Origin: an uncultured Clostridiaceae bacterium
Lineage (GTDB): Bacteria; Bacillota; Clostridia; TANB77; CAG-465
Direction of reading: 5' to 3'
DNA: 64,000 bases
NCBI GenBank assembly: GCA_947381905.1
Contig: CANCXL010000005.1
Location: forward strand, 2,860-66,859
Part shown: positions 46,759 through 54,760 of the stretch, piece after piece
How the letters are laid out: each line of letters begins with the position of its first letter
Position numbering within the stretch: position 1 is the stretch's first letter
Notes under the pieces: generated by a model
Databases searched by the model: none
The model's input: the letters and a program-made list of their open reading frames with translations, nothing else
Told to the model about the DNA's origin: nothing
Program-made: the position numbers and the translations under genes

Positions 46759-47964
46759 ATGAATAAAAAAAAGTTTTTTTCTATGTTTGTTATATTAGTG
46801 ATTTTTATTGCTAGTATAAATTCAACATATGCAATCTCAATTTTTGATAATAAGACATCTTCATCAGTATATAAAACAAGTGAAGATGATTCTGACTTTT
46901 CAGTTCCTTTTTCAAGAATTGTTGAAGATAGAATTGAAATAGATAAGGAAATATCTCAGCTAGGTGTTTTTGCAACTTCATCTTCTATTGAGACAACTAA
47001 AAAATTAGAAGGAATACAATTGCTTTATGGAGGAGATACAATAAGAGTAAATTCCGATACAGAATATCCAATTATTTTTTCAACTGGTAACGTTATAATA
47101 AATGGTACAATAGAAAAATCTGCTTTTATATTTTGTAATGGTAGCATAATTCTTGGAGAAAATTCTAATGTAAAAGGAAATCTAATTTGTTATGCGTCAA
47201 AACTTGAAGTAAATGGTCAGATTGATGGTAACATTTTAGGAGAAGTTTCTACATTAACAGTAAATAATAATGTTAATGGAAAAGTAAAAATGAACTTATC
47301 TAATGTGATTTTTTCAGAAAATGTAGTAGTAGATAAAGGAATAGAAGTAAATACTACAAATAAAGAATTAGAAATACCAGAATCTGTTGGAGCTTCAAAA
47401 ATAGATATAGTAGAGACTAATGCTAAATTATCTTTTAAACAAAATGTATATAAAGTATTTGTTGCAGTTATATCAAATATGGTAATATATCTATTATTTA
47501 GAATATTTATAAAGAAAGACAGATTAAGTTTGATGACTAAAAAATTAAATACTCAAGGAAACGTTATATTTGATGGAGTAAAAGTATATTTAGTATTAAT
47601 AGCAATGATTGTTTTTGGTATTGTATTGCTACCAATAATAACTAAACTTGGAATTGCTATGATTATTTTATCTGTTGCTGTTATGATTGTTATTACATTA
47701 CTAAAAAATGCTATATTTGCTTTATTTGTTTCACAATTAGTTGAAGAAAAATATAAAGAGTCTCAATATAAAGTTAGTAGCATTGTTAGTGCAATATCTA
47801 CATTAATTATATTTGAGCTATTAGGAATGATACCATATGTAGGCCAAATGGTTAAATTTATTGTATTTATCATTACAATTGGAATAATCGTAAACTTAAT
47901 TAAGAGAAATACAATTGATATCAAGGAAGAAAAAATAGAACCAGATACAATTGTTGCAAAATAG
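46759..47964 (+). CDS. Signal-peptide protein with bactofilin-like beta-helical repeats fused to a C-terminal multi-TM domain
   Basis: Repeats GNVIINGTIEKSAFIFCNGSIILGENSNVKGNLICYASKLEVNGQIDGNILGEVSTLTVNNNVNGKV, then 4-5 hydrophobic segments. Confidence 0.6.
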   Translation: MNKKKFFSMFVILVIFIASINSTYAISIFDNKTSSSVYKTSEDDSDFSVPFSRIVEDRIEIDKEISQLGVFATSSSIETTKKLEGIQLLYGGDTIRVNSDTEYPIIFSTGNVIINGTIEKSAFIFCNGSIILGENSNVKGNLICYASKLEVNGQIDGNILGEVSTLTVNNNVNGKVKMNLSNVIFSENVVVDKGIEVNTTNKELEIPESVGASKIDIVETNAKLSFKQNVYKVFVAVISNMVIYLLFRIFIKKDRLSLMTKKLNTQGNVIFDGVKVYLVLIAMIVFGIVLLPIITKLGIAMIILSVAVMIVITLLKNAIFALFVSQLVEEKYKESQYKVSSIVSAISTLIIFELLGMIPYVGQMVKFIVFIITIGIIVNLIKRNTIDIKEEKIEPDTIVAK

Positions 47965-48015
47965 TAATAAATTACACTAATTAAACATAGACTATACCAG
48001 AAAGAAGGTATTGCT

Positions 48016-48381
48016 ATGTTTAATTTTTTTGGCATGAAAAGAAATAGATGCAGAAGTAGAAACTTAATATATAATTTAGTTCCATATGATAAGGTAAGAG
48101 ACATGATTTTTAATAATGATGAAAACATCTTAATTGATGTAAGAGAAAAAAATGAATATGATATCATGCACGTTGTTAATGCTGTAAATATACCAGTAAG
48201 TAAAATTAGGTTTTGTGAGAATGAATATAGAAATAAAAAATGTATAATTTTATATTGTGCAAGTGGTATTAGGACTAAAGAGGCAATAACTATTTTAAAT
48301 AATATGGGATATACAAATTTGTATATATGGGAGTATGGTGCGCTTTCAAATTTTCCATTTAAAGATATGTTAAAAATTTAA
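48016..48381 (+). CDS. Rhodanese-like domain protein
   Basis: LIDVREKNEYDIMHV...; active-site loop YCASGIRT. Confidence 0.8.
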   Translation: MFNFFGMKRNRCRSRNLIYNLVPYDKVRDMIFNNDENILIDVREKNEYDIMHVVNAVNIPVSKIRFCENEYRNKKCIILYCASGIRTKEAITILNNMGYTNLYIWEYGALSNFPFKDMLKI

Positions 48382-48481
48382 TATAATATATTATGTAAAA
48401 AAATGAAAGAAAAATACTAAGTATAATTTAAAACATTTATCTACACTTTTTTTGAGTAATTTAAATGAAATGTTTTTGTTC

Positions 48482-48510
48482 TTGAATTACAATTTGAGTT
48501 TTTATATAAT
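48482..48510 (+). promoter_or_regulatory. Sigma-A type promoter in front of the 51-codon ORF
   Basis: TTGAAT (48482-48487), 17-nt spacer, TATAAT (48505-48510). Confidence 0.5.
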
Positions 48511-48537
48511 GGAAATACTTTTTGGAGGAAAGAAAGT

Positions 48538-48693
48538 ATGAGAAAAAGTAAATTATTAATGCTTTATCCAAGCATTATGGAAATAGAAGAAAAAAGTGAT
48601 GTTAACTCATTTTGGAAGAGCGAATGGAAACGAGTAAAAGAAGATATCATGGATTTTAAAATATTTTTAGAGTACATTTTTGATGCTAAATAG
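48538..48693 (+). CDS. Unannotated 51-aa ORF sharing a conserved module with the N-terminus of the next gene
   Basis: RBS GGAGGAAAG 6 nt before the ATG. MRKSKLLMLYPSIMEIEEKSDVNSFWKSEWKRVKEDIMDFKIFLEYIFDAK. 13 of 27 positions identical to residues 4-30 of the 332-aa protein. Confidence 0.5.
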   Translation: MRKSKLLMLYPSIMEIEEKSDVNSFWKSEWKRVKEDIMDFKIFLEYIFDAK

Positions 48694-48773
48694 ATAGATT
48701 ATTGTAAACTATTACACTATATAATTATTGCTAAAAATATAATGCATACACTTAAACTGCACAATGTAATGCT

Positions 48774-48811
48774 AATGCAATAAAAATAAAATATTAATGT
48801 TATTGCATTTT
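48774..48811 (+). terminator. Weak AT-rich hairpin after the small ORF
   Basis: AATGCAATAA-N16-TTATTGCATT followed by TT; the large loop makes termination efficiency doubtful. Confidence 0.3.
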
Positions 48812-48831
48812 GAATATCCATTTAATATAAT
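48803..48831 (+). promoter_or_regulatory. Sigma-A type promoter upstream of the 332-aa gene
   Basis: TTGCAT (48803-48808), 17-nt spacer, TATAAT (48826-48831). Confidence 0.45.
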
Positions 48832-48912
48832 GAAAATGAATATAATAATATTATATATTTAACATAACCAGATAAATTAATAATATTATAGTGTACAAAA
48901 GAGGTGTTTTAA

Positions 48913-49911
48913 ATGTTTGAATTTTGGAAAAATGAATGGAAATTATTTCTTGAAGATATTGACTCAGTAAAAAATGCTTTTGCAAGAATTTTTGGTAGAA
49001 AACACGATTATTTAATGTTAAAATCAGGAACTCAAGATGCAGGAGAAGTTTTACCTCAAGAGGAGCCAGTTCAAGCTTCATCAATATCTTTAGAAAACGT
49101 TTCATCTGAAGTTACTTTAGATTCTTCAAATGGAATGGGAACAAATGGTGTGTTTGCTCAAGATAATGGAGTTATTGCAGAACTATCTCAAAGCGCAGAA
49201 GTTGCAGCTGCTCCACAACCAACGTATCAATTAGATGGTATTGACCATAAAGTTACAGCATATTTTGGAGAAAATATTGATGAACTTAGAGTTAATATGA
49301 GTGGAGATAAAACTCAACATGAAGTTTTAAGAGAATATGCACAATATTTTAAACCATATGCAGAAGCTCAAGATATGTGCAATAGTGCATTTAGAAAATA
49401 TTATGATAGACATGCTTTAAAAATAGCTACAGAAGAATTACCAGTTGAACAAACAAGAATAATTCAAAACAATGTAGACTTATTTATAAAAGGTCAAGAA
49501 GTATTTGGAGAAAATGGTCAATTTATCGATTCAAGAGTAGATACTATATTTGAAAGAATAGGTATAGATCAAGTAAACAAAGTTGTTGGTATATTACATG
49601 ATAACACAGATGAAGGTGTAAATCTTCAAGGAGAAAGATTATTTGCTGAAGTTGTTACTTATATGGTAGATAACGGAATCAAAGTAGAAAAAGATGCTAA
49701 TGTTCTAGAACCAATAAAATCAGTTTTAGAAGAAAAGTTAGATGATGTTCATAATAATTTAAAAAATCATGAAGATTGGAATGAAGAATATCAATCATTA
49801 CTTTCACAAGAGAGAAAATACTTATATGCTTTAAATAGAATTGAACAATTCGAAACTGAACAAAGAATATCTGAATTCGAAGAAAAATTAAATGATATAG
49901 AAAGTATATAG
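48913..49911 (+). CDS. Hypothetical soluble protein: amphipathic Trp/Lys N-terminus, Ser/Gln/Ala linker, helical body, C-terminal coiled coil
   Basis: RBS AGAGGTG. No signal peptide or TM segment, and no family motif I recognise. Codon usage resembles well-expressed genes. Confidence 0.7.
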   Translation: MFEFWKNEWKLFLEDIDSVKNAFARIFGRKHDYLMLKSGTQDAGEVLPQEEPVQASSISLENVSSEVTLDSSNGMGTNGVFAQDNGVIAELSQSAEVAAAPQPTYQLDGIDHKVTAYFGENIDELRVNMSGDKTQHEVLREYAQYFKPYAEAQDMCNSAFRKYYDRHALKIATEELPVEQTRIIQNNVDLFIKGQEVFGENGQFIDSRVDTIFERIGIDQVNKVVGILHDNTDEGVNLQGERLFAEVVTYMVDNGIKVEKDANVLEPIKSVLEEKLDDVHNNLKNHEDWNEEYQSLLSQERKYLYALNRIEQFETEQRISEFEEKLNDIESI

Positions 49912-49930
49912 TAAATTAATATAGTCATTA

Positions 49931-49971
49931 AAATTTAGATGGATTTTCGAATTCATCTAAATTTTTTATTT
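49931..49971 (+). terminator. AT-rich 15-bp hairpin with UUCG loop plus T-run between the 332-aa gene and the adhesin gene
   Basis: AAATTTAGATGGATT-TTCG-AATTCATCTAAATTT (one G-U pair) followed by TTTATTT. Confidence 0.55.
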
Positions 49972-49989
49972 AAAAAAGGAGGCTATTAT

Positions 49990-52900
49990 ATGAAAAAAAT
50001 AAGACTAAAGAGAGCTGTATTATCTGTAATTGCTGTGGTTATGCTTTTGCTTACAACAGTAAATCTTGCTATAGCTGTTACTAAATCTCCAGATTTTAGT
50101 GATGATTATAAAAAGACATCAGATTTAACAGGAAGCGATGTGGCAGATAATTATCAAAAAAACTATCAGGAATCAACTGGAAAAAAAGGAAGCTATTTAA
50201 CAAAAAGTGCTGAATGGGTGGATAAAGAAAATGGCGAAGCGCTAATTACAATTAAGGCATCACAAAGTTCTACTCAAGAGACAACAGCAGTATATGTAGC
50301 AACTTTATGTTATGCACATGGATTAACAGAAGACATATTAGTAAAAAATTTAGTTACTTTAACTCAGTCTTATGACAATGTAGATTTCATTGCAATATAT
50401 AATACATATGAATCAGGAATTGCTGAAACAAAGAGATTTAAAAGTGATGTAACTGAAGAAGAGATAAGAACATATGTCAGACAGACTAAGGTCAATGGTG
50501 GTAATGAATATCCACATTATATTTGCAGTATTCCTTTTGCAATACAAAAGTATTTATTTGGAAACGGTGGAGATAGTTACATAAGTAAAGAAAATTTAGT
50601 TCATGATCCAACAGCAATATATGTTTCATGCGATTCTATGTATTTAACAAATCCAGGAACTTCTGAGGCATGGGGAATAGATTATTCAACTGAGAAATAT
50701 TATAATTTCTTAACAGAAAATTATGGCGACAGATATTTTTCAATGTCTCAAACATCTAAACAACATGCAAATCCTGATATGATAATAAGATTTTCTAATG
50801 TCTACAAATATAACTCAACAATAATGAATACGGTTATTGGGGTACTACATCCTCAAAATTATGGACAAGCAGATTTAGTATTAAGTCAAGACAGCATTTC
50901 AACTTGGAATGCAAGTACGATAGAAGCTATTAATTTACCATATACAGATAAAAAGTATGCAGCAGACTATAGCTATGATAAAGACTTTGAAGAAGCTGGT
51001 GTTACAATGATTTCTAATTGTACAGTTGTTGATACTGTAGTAAATGAATTTGAAATTTTAGATGTTGATGTAACTACAGATCTTGGAAGAACTTTATCTC
51101 CAAGCATTGTTGGACAAAAAATAACTGTTTCTGATTCTACATATAATTCTGGGGAGGAAATAGTACTAAAAATACGCATAAAGTTAAAGCCAGATGTTAT
51201 TAAAAATTTTGAAGAGTTCTCAAATACAAATGTTGGTAGCGCAACAATTACAAGTGATTTAAGTGGTGAGGTCATATCTGTTGAGTCTCCAAAATTAATA
51301 CCAGTAACAAACAACTATAAAGTAAATTATATAGATAAGTATACAAATCAGACTATTAATACACAAAAGATAGAAAATGATGTTGCTTTAAATACTCAAG
51401 TAAGAGCTATAGATGAGGCTATTAACATTCCAGAATATACATATATAGATTCAGATAAAGAAGTTTTAACTATAGGAGAAGATGAGTCACAAAATATATT
51501 AAATTTATATTATGCTAAAAATACAAATTTAACAGTAAATTATATAGACAAAGCAACTGATGAGATAATGGAAACATATACAGAAGATGGATACGAAGGA
51601 AAAGACTATACAACAGATGCAAGAACTTTTAATAAGTATACTTTAGTTGAGGAGCCATCAAATAAAAACGGTAAAATGCAAAGAGATGGAACAATAGTAA
51701 ACTATTACTATTTATATAACTCTAATTTAATTATAAAATACATTGATGAAATTGATAATAAGGAAATAATACCAGAAGTTAAAGCTAATATGAAAGAAGG
51801 AGAAAAATATACAACTACTCCTAGAGAATTTGAAAATTATGCTTTAACATCTATTCCGCCAAATCAAAATGGTACAATTGGAAAGAGCGATATAACTGTT
51901 ATATATAAATATAAGAAGATTTCAGCTGGAGTTGAGATAAAATATATTGATAAAAAGACAGGACAGACTATAAGTGATACTTTATATAGAGAAGGAAATG
52001 AAAAAGATAGATATACAAGTTTGGCATTAGAGATAGATGGATATGAACTTGTTAAAATACCAGATAATGCAAATGGAGAAATGACTGTAGAAAAAACAAC
52101 AGTCATATATGAATATATAAAAACTTCATATGTCACAACTAGATATTTAGACGAAAATAATGGCAGAATATTGCATCCTTCTAATGTCGAAAAATATAAA
52201 GAAGGTGAAAATTATTCTACTGTAAAAGAAAATATTTCAGGTTATACTTATACAAGGGTTGAAAATGATCCTAGTGGAATAGTTCAAAGAGATAACATAA
52301 CTGTAACATATTATTATAAGAAAAATACATCTGTAATAGTAAAATATGTAGATATGCTTGATAATAATAAAGAAATATCTACTACTATAACTATTAATGG
52401 ACTTCAAGGACAAGACTATACAACACAAAAGAAAGAAATTGATGGATATATCTATGTTGATGCTATTGGAAAAACAGAAGGACAAATGGAATACGAGCCA
52501 CTTACTATTACATATAGATATAAAAAATCAGCTATTTTAACAACTATACATATAGATAAAAACACTGGAAAAACAATAATACCTAACATACAAACAATAT
52601 ATAAAGAAGGAGATACATATACAGCTACAGCACAAAATATACCTGGATACGTTCTTATAGAATCACCAGAAAGTACAACAGGAATAATGGGAAGAAACAA
52701 TATAGAGAAGACATTTTATTATAAGAAAATATCTGGCGGACTTGTGGTAAATTATGTTGATAGAATAACAAATGAATTATTATCACAAGAAGTATATAAA
52801 GGAAATGAAAATGATAAAGTATCATTAGACTTAAAATCATTTATAGGATATATATTAGATGAAGCACCAACATTTGATGAGGTTACTTTAGAAGAAACTC

Positions 52901-53847
52901 CAAAAGAAATTACATATTATTATAGAAAGACTAGAAAAATTGACATTATTGGTATAGATAAAGACACAGGAGAAAGATTATATCTTACTGAAAAAACAGG
53001 AATAGAAGGAGATAAGTATAAAACTACTCCAAAAAATATACAAGGATATGAACTTGTTTCTACTCCTACAAATGAAGAAGGAGTGTTTGATAGAAATAAT
53101 ACTACTGTTATATATGAATATAAAAAGAAAACAGGAAAAGTAACTATAAAATATATAGATAAAGATACAAACGAAGAGCTAGATGAGGATATAATAATTA
53201 AAGATAAAGGAGAAGAGTATAGTACCTCTAAAAAAGAATTTAAAGATTACAACTTTATCGAGGTTATTGGAGAGGAAAAAGGAATAGTTACAGAAAATAA
53301 ATTTGTAACATACTACTATGAGAAGAAAATAGGAAAAGTTCAAGTTATATATGAAGATATATATGGAAAAGAGATTAAGAGAGAAGAAATAGAAGATAAA
53401 GTTGGAAAAGACTATGAAGTCATAATAGAGGAGATACCAGATTATGAAGTAGTAGAAACAATTGGAAATACTTCTGGACAATATATTGATGGTACAATAC
53501 AGATTAAAATAATTCTTGAAAAAATAGATGTTAAACCAATAGAAAAAGACAAGGGTACAATAGTAGTAAAATTTTTAGATGAAGATGGAAATAAATTAAG
53601 AAAAGATTATGAAAAAGTAGACTACGTCGGAAATGAGTTTTATATAGATATTCAAGATATAGATGGATATGAATTAATAGGAGATAAATATATAAGAACA
53701 ATATATGAAAATGGACAATTAGTATTTGAAGTCATTTATAGAAAAATACCAAGTGATATTCCAGATACAGGAGATATGAATTTAGCATTATATATTGGAA
53801 TTGGAATCTCAAGTACATTTATTATTAGTAAAAAAATAATCAAATAA
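49990..53847 (+). CDS. Cell-wall-anchored surface protein: signal peptide, ~450-aa head of unknown fold, 12 MucBP-like repeats, sortase sorting signal
   Basis: RBS GGAGG precedes ATG 49990. Signal MKKIRLKRAVLSVIAVVMLLLTTVNLAIA. Repeats (V/I)xYID...G..Y.T....I.GY.LV..P.N..G.......V.Y.Y. C-terminus IPDTG, hydrophobic stretch, then KKIIK. Confidence 0.85.
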   Translation: MKKIRLKRAVLSVIAVVMLLLTTVNLAIAVTKSPDFSDDYKKTSDLTGSDVADNYQKNYQESTGKKGSYLTKSAEWVDKENGEALITIKASQSSTQETTAVYVATLCYAHGLTEDILVKNLVTLTQSYDNVDFIAIYNTYESGIAETKRFKSDVTEEEIRTYVRQTKVNGGNEYPHYICSIPFAIQKYLFGNGGDSYISKENLVHDPTAIYVSCDSMYLTNPGTSEAWGIDYSTEKYYNFLTENYGDRYFSMSQTSKQHANPDMIIRFSNVYKYNSTIMNTVIGVLHPQNYGQADLVLSQDSISTWNASTIEAINLPYTDKKYAADYSYDKDFEEAGVTMISNCTVVDTVVNEFEILDVDVTTDLGRTLSPSIVGQKITVSDSTYNSGEEIVLKIRIKLKPDVIKNFEEFSNTNVGSATITSDLSGEVISVESPKLIPVTNNYKVNYIDKYTNQTINTQKIENDVALNTQVRAIDEAINIPEYTYIDSDKEVLTIGEDESQNILNLYYAKNTNLTVNYIDKATDEIMETYTEDGYEGKDYTTDARTFNKYTLVEEPSNKNGKMQRDGTIVNYYYLYNSNLIIKYIDEIDNKEIIPEVKANMKEGEKYTTTPREFENYALTSIPPNQNGTIGKSDITVIYKYKKISAGVEIKYIDKKTGQTISDTLYREGNEKDRYTSLALEIDGYELVKIPDNANGEMTVEKTTVIYEYIKTSYVTTRYLDENNGRILHPSNVEKYKEGENYSTVKENISGYTYTRVENDPSGIVQRDNITVTYYYKKNTSVIVKYVDMLDNNKEISTTITINGLQGQDYTTQKKEIDGYIYVDAIGKTEGQMEYEPLTITYRYKKSAILTTIHIDKNTGKTIIPNIQTIYKEGDTYTATAQNIPGYVLIESPESTTGIMGRNNIEKTFYYKKISGGLVVNYVDRITNELLSQEVYKGNENDKVSLDLKSFIGYILDEAPTFDEVTLEETPKEITYYYRKTRKIDIIGIDKDTGERLYLTEKTGIEGDKYKTTPKNIQGYELVSTPTNEEGVFDRNNTTVIYEYKKKTGKVTIKYIDKDTNEELDEDIIIKDKGEEYSTSKKEFKDYNFIEVIGEEKGIVTENKFVTYYYEKKIGKVQVIYEDIYGKEIKREEIEDKVGKDYEVIIEEIPDYEVVETIGNTSGQYIDGTIQIKIILEKIDVKPIEKDKGTIVVKFLDEDGNKLRKDYEKVDYVGNEFYIDIQDIDGYELIGDKYIRTIYENGQLVFEVIYRKIPSDIPDTGDMNLALYIGIGISSTFIISKKIIK
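51316..53745 (+). repeat. Twelve tandem ~67-codon MucBP-like coding repeats (diverged at the DNA level)
   Basis: Each repeat begins near (Y/L/V)xVxYID and ends near (V/I)xYxY(K/E)K. Counted by eye in the translation. Confidence 0.75.
53758..53844 (+). other. Sortase sorting signal (IPDTG motif, hydrophobic segment, basic tail)
   Basis: IPDTGDMNLALYIGIGISSTFIISKKIIK. xPxTG resembles the (S/P)PXTG motif of the clostridial class B sortase. Confidence 0.7.
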
Positions 53848-53853
53848 AACATA

Positions 53854-53887
53854 AATACCTATAGATTTAAGCTATAGGTATTTTATT
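53854..53887 (+). terminator. Rho-independent terminator after the adhesin gene
   Basis: AATACCTATAG-ATTTAAG-CTATAGGTATT followed by TTATT. Confidence 0.7.
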
Positions 53888-54002
53888 ATAATATAGTAAA
53901 AAAATCTAATTACATAAATATTGAAAAAAATAAATCTATATGATATAATGTGATGGTAATTAGCGACACAAGACACATTTATATGTAAGGAGAGGATTTT
54001 TT

Positions 54003-54740
54003 ATGAAATGTATTTTACTTTGTGCAGGTTATGCAACTAGACTATTCCCTTTAACAGAGAATTTTCCAAAAGCATTATTAGAAGTTGGGGGTAGACCATT
54101 GCTTGACTATATCGTTGATGAAGTTAATTCTTTAGATGAGGTAGATCAAATATATTTGGTTACAAATGACAAATATACACCTCATTTTGAAAAATGGGCA
54201 CAAGAAAAAAATAATGTAAAACCAATTACAGTTTTTAATGATAAAACAACAACAAATGATAACAGACTTGGAGCTATAGGAGATATTGAATTTACAATAA
54301 AGAATGCAAATATTGATGATGATACATTAATTATTGCTGGAGATAATTTATTCACATTCAAATTAAGAGATTTTGTAGATTTCCAAAAAGCAAATAACAG
54401 TTCTGCAATATGTGTAAAACCAGAAAAATATGAAACACTAAAAAGATTAGGTGTAGTAGAAACTGATGAAAACATGAAGATTGTAGGATTTGAAGAGAAA
54501 CCAGCAGAGCCTAAAGGAAAATATGCAGCATCTGCAGTATATTTATATCCAAGAGAGGTTATGCCAATATTTGAACAATATATTAAAGAAGGAAATAATG
54601 CTGATGCACCAGGAAACTTTGTAGCATATTTATATACTCATAAACCAGTATATGCTTATGCATTTGATGGAATCTGGTATGATGTTGGAACACACGAAGC
54701 TTTAGCAGAAGTTAATGAATTATATAATAAAAATAAATAA
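54003..54740 (+). CDS. Sugar-phosphate nucleotidyltransferase (NTP_transferase family)
   Basis: MKCILLCAGYATRLFPLTENFPKALLEVGGRPLLDYIV (GxGxR nucleotide-binding loop); IIAGDNLF; EKP. Confidence 0.8.
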   Translation: MKCILLCAGYATRLFPLTENFPKALLEVGGRPLLDYIVDEVNSLDEVDQIYLVTNDKYTPHFEKWAQEKNNVKPITVFNDKTTTNDNRLGAIGDIEFTIKNANIDDDTLIIAGDNLFTFKLRDFVDFQKANNSSAICVKPEKYETLKRLGVVETDENMKIVGFEEKPAEPKGKYAASAVYLYPREVMPIFEQYIKEGNNADAPGNFVAYLYTHKPVYAYAFDGIWYDVGTHEALAEVNELYNKNK

Positions 54741-54760
54741 TTAAGAGTGGTAGAATTATT

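Noticed and set aside
49939-49989. Upstream extension of the adhesin ORF (MDFRIHLNFLFKKGGYY...)
   Set aside because: The extension is the translated terminator hairpin and contains the GGAGG RBS for ATG 49990. A typical signal peptide begins at 49990.
48694-49989. Possible c-di-GMP riboswitch controlling the adhesin locus, as known for clostridial sortase substrates
   Set aside because: The intergenic segments are almost pure A/T. They lack the GC-rich conserved helices and GNRA/receptor elements of GEMM-I or GEMM-II.
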